Positions 58,719 through 64,000 of a DNA stretch of 64,000 nucleotides are shown here, piece by piece. The stretch is taken from positions 67,833 through 131,832 of the forward strand of contig JAEXTV010000023.1 in assembly GCA_023406895.1 (NCBI GenBank). The letters run 5' to 3'. Every line of letters starts with the position of its first letter. Position 1 is the stretch's first letter. The position numbers and the translations under genes were made by a program. Under the pieces are notes generated by a model. It did not search any database. It worked only from the letters and a program-made list of their open reading frames with translations, and was not told the origin of the DNA. Source of the DNA: Bacillota bacterium (GTDB lineage: Bacteria; Bacillota; Clostridia; Christensenellales; SZUA-584).

Positions 58719-60475
58719 CAGACACCCCCTGTTTGTTCGATTGAAAGCGCGCCGTGAATGTGTTTGAGCAGGCGCAGCACATCTAGGCTGTCCGCCGTGC
58801 CGTCGTGGTTCACATCCGCCGCTTCAAGATAGATGCCCGCCAGCTTGCCTGTGTTCAGCAGGTGCTGCCGCAGCGCATCGAGGTCGCTCTGGCCGATACT
58901 GCCGTCGCCGTTTACATCGCCGTAAAGCACCACCGGAAGATCGAAATACGAGGTGCCGTCGCCGTACACCGTGCGGACAAAATCGCCCGTCGCGACATCG
59001 CCCTCCGTTTGTTCCGCGCCGGACGACGAAATCACGCTGATGCTGCCGCCTTCCGACGAGAGCCTTGAAAGCAGCTCGCTTGGCGTGGTGCCCGGCTTGA
59101 TGCCGCAGATGCCCGACTCCGCCACGGCGTATTTGTCGCTCGAGAGCTTAGGGGCTGTGGCGTAGCTGCCGATGGTGCACAGCAGCGTATCCGCGTAATA
59201 AAAGCTCAGTATATCGGCGTGGCTTTGGCCGTCGGTGGCGCGCTGCTGAGCGCCGCGCTGACTGAGGCCGATGCCGTGCCCGTAGCGGCGGTTGGTGAGA
59301 AACCAGCCGTCGTAGTCTGTGCCGTTTTTATCGGTGAACACGCCCGGCTCGGCCCCGCGCATGCGAAGCGAGTACTTGGTCGTGTTGAAAATGCCGATCG
59401 GGTGCTCGTCCGTCTTCACGAGGTCATTGAGCGACAGCGTGACCACGAGCTGGCCGGTTTTGCCGTCCGCGCGCGTGACCATCAGCGTGACGTCCGCTTT
59501 GGTATACATGCGGCTCGGCGGGTTGAACTTGGCAGTGTGGGCTTTGATGCGCACGGTGGAAACGAGCGTGACCGGTTCGCCCGCGGCCGCGTCCGCGCCC
59601 TGCTGCAGCATGGTCAGCACCATCGGGTCCATCAGCGGCAGTGTCTGCTTATGGAATTCGGTGGGAACGAAGCTTTTTTCCACGAGGCTGTTTGGGTTTT
59701 GTACGTCATAGATGTCGTCGCGCTGCACGTAATACGGCAAGTCGTTGGCCCACACGTTGCCTGTGAGCTCGGTCTGCCCGCCGTTGCTGGCGGAGTAATA
59801 CGCCTGTATGATATCGCCGTTGTAGGTGAGTATCTGCCCCGCCGTGTCGTCCACGGCGGCGATGGCGCGCGTGTAGACGCTCGCATAGCCGTGGTACACC
59901 TGATCCTCCGAGGTATCGAGGATCTCATAGGCGCGGCTGCGGTATTTGGAACAGTTGGCCACCGCGTAGCCGCGCGCGCAGACGGCCTGCGCCTTGAGTG
60001 ACTCGGACGGGAAGGTGTTGCTCATTTCGTGCGGCACCACGCCGTAAAGATAGTGCTCGATGGGCAGCGTGTTGATGGCGCGGATGCTGCCTTCGAAGAC
60101 GTCGAAGCCCATGTTGCCAAGGTAGGTGCAGGTGCCGTATTTATCGTTCTTTAAGCGGATATAGGCGGAGGTGCCGTTGTAATCGCCGCTCATCAGCGTG
60201 ATGGACGAGGCGGTGAAGGTTTTACCGTTTGAGGTGAGGACGGGTCGGCTGCCCGTCATGGTGATGGTCATTTCGTCGCTGGACAGCTCAAAGGAAGGGT
60301 CTTCCTTGAGGGTATAGCTGCCGATGGCCTCGAACTCCACGGTGGTGCCGCTGACGGAAAGAAGAACGCGGATGTCTGAGTGGAAGGCGGCGGCATGGGC
60401 GCAGGGCACGGCGCTGAACACAAGAATCAGCGCGAGCAGCAGAGAGATGAGAAATGGCTTTTTGTTATGTTTCAT
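58718..60475 (-). CDS. SpoIID/LytB domain protein with a C-terminal type-I dockerin
   Basis: Signal peptide. SpoIID blocks: YLYGVVPHEMSNTFPSESLKAQAVCARGYA, EDQVYHGY, YYSASNGGQTE, GHGIGLSQRGAQ. Dockerin duplicated EF-hand-like segments: DVNGDGSIGQSD and DVNHDGTADSLD. Confidence 0.85.
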   Translation of the reverse strand: MKHNKKPFLISLLLALILVFSAVPCAHAAAFHSDIRVLLSVSGTTVEFEAIGSYTLKEDPSFELSSDEMTITMTGSRPVLTSNGKTFTASSITLMSGDYNGTSAYIRLKNDKYGTCTYLGNMGFDVFEGSIRAINTLPIEHYLYGVVPHEMSNTFPSESLKAQAVCARGYAVANCSKYRSRAYEILDTSEDQVYHGYASVYTRAIAAVDDTAGQILTYNGDIIQAYYSASNGGQTELTGNVWANDLPYYVQRDDIYDVQNPNSLVEKSFVPTEFHKQTLPLMDPMVLTMLQQGADAAAGEPVTLVSTVRIKAHTAKFNPPSRMYTKADVTLMVTRADGKTGQLVVTLSLNDLVKTDEHPIGIFNTTKYSLRMRGAEPGVFTDKNGTDYDGWFLTNRRYGHGIGLSQRGAQQRATDGQSHADILSFYYADTLLCTIGSYATAPKLSSDKYAVAESGICGIKPGTTPSELLSRLSSEGGSISVISSSGAEQTEGDVATGDFVRTVYGDGTSYFDLPVVLYGDVNGDGSIGQSDLDALRQHLLNTGKLAGIYLEAADVNHDGTADSLDVLRLLKHIHGALSIEQTGGV

Positions 60476-60820
60476 AGTGTTTCACCATAAACCGACAGTT
60501 TATACTACGATTCGTCATAACATAATCATACAGTTTGTCCATGGGTTAGTCAAGGCAACGGGGAGGTTGGGGGCAACTTTTACAATTGGGCGGATGAGAG
60601 CAATTTTTTTTGAGGCAATAACTAGCGCTGACTACGGAACTATGGGCGCTGTACCTTTTTATGCTAAATATGAAGGAATTTGCGGAAAAAGGGCGAATAA
60701 TGAAAGCAGTATGGGTTACAATCAGTCTACTGTGTTGGCCTAGAAATTAAACATCTCACTACCTTTGTTATGTAATTTAGAACAGAAAGAAAACAGAATC
60801 CTATAATAAGGAGAGAGTAA

Positions 60821-63800
60821 ATGTCAAAAATTAAAGTTGCCTTTGCACAGATTGATTTCAAACCTGCCTTAATATATAACCAAATTGACTTATTAGTTGA
60901 ACCTAGTGGTGATGAGACCACGACAATATCGCAATTAACTTTTCCAGGGAGTACTGAGTTAAAAAATAATTTAAAAGAAGGATATTTTAATTGGATAAAA
61001 TTAAAAATACTTGCAATTGTTAAGAAAGCAATTGATATTGGCATTAACATTTTAGTTTTCCCCGAGTATTCTATTCCAGCAGAAATATTAAATGAATTGG
61101 CCGTTAAACTTAACGATACCAAATTAATCATAATTGCAGGCACACATATAGTAAAAAATACACTTAGTAATCCGCCGAAAAACTATCCGGATACTAAAAG
61201 CATAATAGGTTGTGCCATGTGTCCAATAATAACTTATAAAGGCGTCAGTGGGTATACATTAAAAACTCATAGAGCAGCACAGGAGATAAACAGTATTTGT
61301 ACTCCGAAACATCCTATACCAAACATTTTTGATATGGGAGATTTCGATATGCAGATAAAAATATGCATTGACGCTATAACGGTAGATCAAGATTTAAAAT
61401 TCACAGACAGAAAAGGGCTAATTGTCATTCCATCATATTCGCAAAATGTAGAGCCTTTTAAAGCCTTGGCAATATTGGCCAAGTATAATGAAATACCTGT
61501 GATTTATGCCAACTGCGCTAGTGCTGGCGGATCAATTATCTCTGGTGCCTTCTCCAAGTACGGAAATCATTGGTTTACTGAAGGTACAACTACGAAGCCT
61601 GTGATTAAGGATATAGAATGCATGGTATCTGTTAATCTAAATTTAGATAATACTGCACAGTTAGTTGGAACAGTAAACACTGAAGAAATTATTAATGTCG
61701 ATAGAGTTATTAATATTTTTTATAACATGGACGAAAAGCATAAAACTATTATCCAATTAATTGATGAGTATTTAGCTAAATTCCCTAATATGGATATACT
61801 TAATATACCGGATATGGGCAATTCATTATTAGGATTAAAACTTCATTTTTTACATATTCAAAAAGATAATGGTTTAATTAGTAAAGCTAGCGTTGAGGAA
61901 ACTTTAGATTATATAAAAATTAACTCTATTTCTTTTAGCCAATTTGTTGTTGACCAAAGCAATTCAGCTTTCAATTATTTGTCATCAAATATTGCTTATT
62001 CAAAAACAGATAATGAATTTTTAAAAAACTTAGGAGCAATAATAAAAAAGATTTCTCCGCAAGATTCACAAGACGAAGGTATATTCGAAGATGACAACTT
62101 GTTTTATGGTCGAGATAATGATGTCGCCAGTTTAAGTGATTTTTTTAACAATGAAAACAATGTTTATCTTATTTATGGACTGCGAGGCTTAGGAAAAACC
62201 AAATTAATAAAAAACATAAGTACCAAAGTTCTTCCCTCACCATCGCCTTGGATTCTTAAAAAAATGGAAATTAGCAAGGGTATTGGTTATGATTATCTTT
62301 TAGATCAATTTATGTACATGCTTAATTTGCCTGATATTGAGCGAAAAGATAAATCGTTAGAAACTATAGTTTGTGAAATCTTTGATATACTGGAGAATCA
62401 AGTACCCACCTCGATAATAATTGAAGATATACATCACTGTACTCAATTTAATGGTGAGTTCTTTGATACCAAAATAAGAGAATTTATGATTTGGTTAATC
62501 AGAAATGTACAAAAATCAAAAAAAGTCAAATTAATAATGACAAGTAATCGCAGAATAGGTGATTTTGATCAACTTATATATAACCCTATAGATATTTCAC
62601 GTTTAAAAGATGGGGATGTTAGATCTATAATAAATTATTGTTATCGTAAAATTAACAATACGACAAAAGTAATAGAAATTAATGATAATATTATAAATAT
62701 AATTTATGGCAATCCACTTGCTGCAATATTGGTTTCTCAATTAATTGACAATGATAAATTGCAAGAGTTTGGAACAAAAAGTGACATCTTTTTAAGATAT
62801 AAAGAACAATTAATTAAAAATTTACTTGGAGAAATAGAATTATCTGACGAAGAAAAACTTGTAATGAAAATATTGTCCGTTTCTAAAACACCCGTAGAGA
62901 TCGATTTCATAGAAAAAAACTATTCTTATCTTATCCCAACAATCGATGCATTAGTTAATAGACTGTTAATAGAAAAAGACGAAACATATATCAAGATGCA
63001 TCCATTATTTCAAGAATACTACTATGATTCTTTAACTTTAAAAGATCGTTCAGATCATCATAAGAAGTTAGCCACTTACTATGAAAAAATATATCTAAAA
63101 CAAAGAGCAAAAAAAGTCAATCCATTATTACTTTCAAATATTGTTTTCCATTATGCTGGTAGTCTTAAACTTGATAAGGTACATGAATATAAGGCAAAAT
63201 ATATTGATGAGCTAGGGCCAATAGCAGATCGCTTATATAAAGATAAGAATTATCAAGATGCAGTTAATTATTACCGATTAATTTTCGATACTATTGGAAA
63301 ACAGCGAACGGATGTATTAATTAAGATGGCAAAATGTTATGTCTGTTGTAGCGAAATTGATAACGCCGAAAAGTTTTTTAAATTAGCTATTATGCAAAAT
63401 CCACGTGGAGCTTATTTATGGGCTCAATTCGCAATAGCTTTAGCTTGTAAGAATAATTATTTATCGAAAGCAAAAGAATATTCAGATGAAGCGGAAAGAA
63501 TATATAGAAAATACGGAAATACTTTGCGTTGGGAACTTGCAAAAATAAAATTCGCTCAAGCACGTGCTTGGCGTTTTGACAACCCAGAAAAAGCAGCCAT
63601 TTTATTCGATGAAGCTGTTACATTGGATCCAACAAATTGCTATTATCTTTGCATGTATGCAACTTATTTATTTCATATGTCAGACAGTCCCAAGGCTAAA
63701 TCAATATTTGATAAAGCTAACGATATTAACCCAGATGACCCACATGTTATTAGATTAAAATTAAAATTCGGAGTGGACGAATGTGATGAAAAAGAATTAA

Positions 63801-63853
63801 TTAATGAAGAATATGATGAGGAAACCGATGATGACGTCAATTTTGCTGGTTAA
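60821..63853 (+). CDS. CN-hydrolase (nitrilase superfamily) - NB-ARC/STAND NTPase - TPR protein; candidate NLR/Avs-like defence protein
   Basis: 1010 aa after AAGGAGAGAG. Nitrilase triad motifs: LVFPE82, LK148THR, KIC182ID. P-loop GLRGLGK459T, Walker B SIIIED536, GNPLA630-634, KMHP725-728. C-terminal TPR-like repeats and an acidic tail. The gene is strongly AT-rich relative to its flanks. Confidence 0.8.
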   Translation: MSKIKVAFAQIDFKPALIYNQIDLLVEPSGDETTTISQLTFPGSTELKNNLKEGYFNWIKLKILAIVKKAIDIGINILVFPEYSIPAEILNELAVKLNDTKLIIIAGTHIVKNTLSNPPKNYPDTKSIIGCAMCPIITYKGVSGYTLKTHRAAQEINSICTPKHPIPNIFDMGDFDMQIKICIDAITVDQDLKFTDRKGLIVIPSYSQNVEPFKALAILAKYNEIPVIYANCASAGGSIISGAFSKYGNHWFTEGTTTKPVIKDIECMVSVNLNLDNTAQLVGTVNTEEIINVDRVINIFYNMDEKHKTIIQLIDEYLAKFPNMDILNIPDMGNSLLGLKLHFLHIQKDNGLISKASVEETLDYIKINSISFSQFVVDQSNSAFNYLSSNIAYSKTDNEFLKNLGAIIKKISPQDSQDEGIFEDDNLFYGRDNDVASLSDFFNNENNVYLIYGLRGLGKTKLIKNISTKVLPSPSPWILKKMEISKGIGYDYLLDQFMYMLNLPDIERKDKSLETIVCEIFDILENQVPTSIIIEDIHHCTQFNGEFFDTKIREFMIWLIRNVQKSKKVKLIMTSNRRIGDFDQLIYNPIDISRLKDGDVRSIINYCYRKINNTTKVIEINDNIINIIYGNPLAAILVSQLIDNDKLQEFGTKSDIFLRYKEQLIKNLLGEIELSDEEKLVMKILSVSKTPVEIDFIEKNYSYLIPTIDALVNRLLIEKDETYIKMHPLFQEYYYDSLTLKDRSDHHKKLATYYEKIYLKQRAKKVNPLLLSNIVFHYAGSLKLDKVHEYKAKYIDELGPIADRLYKDKNYQDAVNYYRLIFDTIGKQRTDVLIKMAKCYVCCSEIDNAEKFFKLAIMQNPRGAYLWAQFAIALACKNNYLSKAKEYSDEAERIYRKYGNTLRWELAKIKFAQARAWRFDNPEKAAILFDEAVTLDPTNCYYLCMYATYLFHMSDSPKAKSIFDKANDINPDDPHVIRLKLKFGVDECDEKELINEEYDEETDDDVNFAG

Positions 63854-64000
63854 AACTATATGGGGGTTCTTCGACCCGATTTAAGGGAATTATCTATATA
63901 ATCACCCATACTCATAAAAATAGCGCCCCTTTGACGCTGTTCCTTTTCCAAGGCATTCTCCTCCCACCCCTGTATTTCAACCTCCCCCCGCATCCCGCCA

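Noticed and set aside
59219-60001. 260-aa plus-strand ORF
   Set aside because: It is antisense to the SpoIID/LytB gene, which has clear family motifs. This is a GC-rich shadow frame.
60802-60807. TATAAT as the promoter -10 of the STAND gene
   Set aside because: It sits only 14 nt before the start codon and directly abuts the Shine-Dalgarno sequence. A transcript starting there would lack the ribosome-binding site.
60727-61143. 138-aa minus-strand ORF at the start of the AT-rich island
   Set aside because: It overlaps the 5' end of the 1010-aa STAND gene on the opposite strand. The translation is Ile/Phe/Asn/Lys-rich, as expected by chance in AT-rich DNA, and there is no Shine-Dalgarno sequence.
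1-64000. Search for CRISPR arrays, tRNA/rRNA genes, transposases, integrases and prophage modules
   Set aside because: I saw no regularly spaced short repeats, no tRNA-like or rRNA-like sequence, and no ORF with recombinase or transposase motifs. The two AT-rich islands have no recognisable mobility genes inside the window.

Overview
The window reads as a chromosomal segment of a sporulating, fairly GC-rich Firmicute of the class Clostridia. Markers are spoIIID, a SpoIID/LytB homolog, DUF421/YetF, yaaL and the dnaX-ybaB-recR block. I could not assign a species. Gene density is high on both strands. I found no rRNA, tRNA, CRISPR array, transposase or integrase.

Recognisable content:
- A glnA 3' end.
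- Three methyl-accepting chemotaxis proteins, two of them a tandem paralog pair.
- A glycerol-3-phosphate-dehydrogenase-like FAD oxidoreductase trio whose leader carries an intrinsic terminator.
- nth-obg-yhbY-GNAT, a SEDS protein, dnaX-ybaB-recR-yaaL and mreCD.
- A c-di-GMP hydrolase cluster (two HD-GYP genes plus one EAL gene).
- A DapF homolog and a DapB-like paralog.
- A THF riboswitch in front of an ECF folate S-component.
- A Bce-like peptide-antibiotic sensing module (response regulator, intramembrane histidine kinase, ABC ATPase, FtsX permease).
- Two tandem solute-binding-like lipoproteins.
- A 1410-aa fused acyl-CoA-dehydratase-activase-type protein.
- spoIIID and a BspA-LRR/Big_2 surface protein.
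- A translationally coupled cohesin/dockerin gene pair.

Two clearly AT-rich islands interrupt the GC-rich background:
- 16.5-19.2 kb holds lipoproteins, one of them split by an in-frame amber codon.
- 60.5-63.9 kb holds a single 1010-aa gene with the domain order nitrilase(CN-hydrolase)-NB-ARC/STAND-TPR. This is my best candidate for a previously undescribed NLR/Avs-like defence gene.

Other notable points are a DapF homolog with Ser at both catalytic Cys positions, and a dispersed family of GTCACC-type hairpin elements in ORF-free spacers.

All calls come from reading the sequence and the ORF translations by eye. No database search was run.
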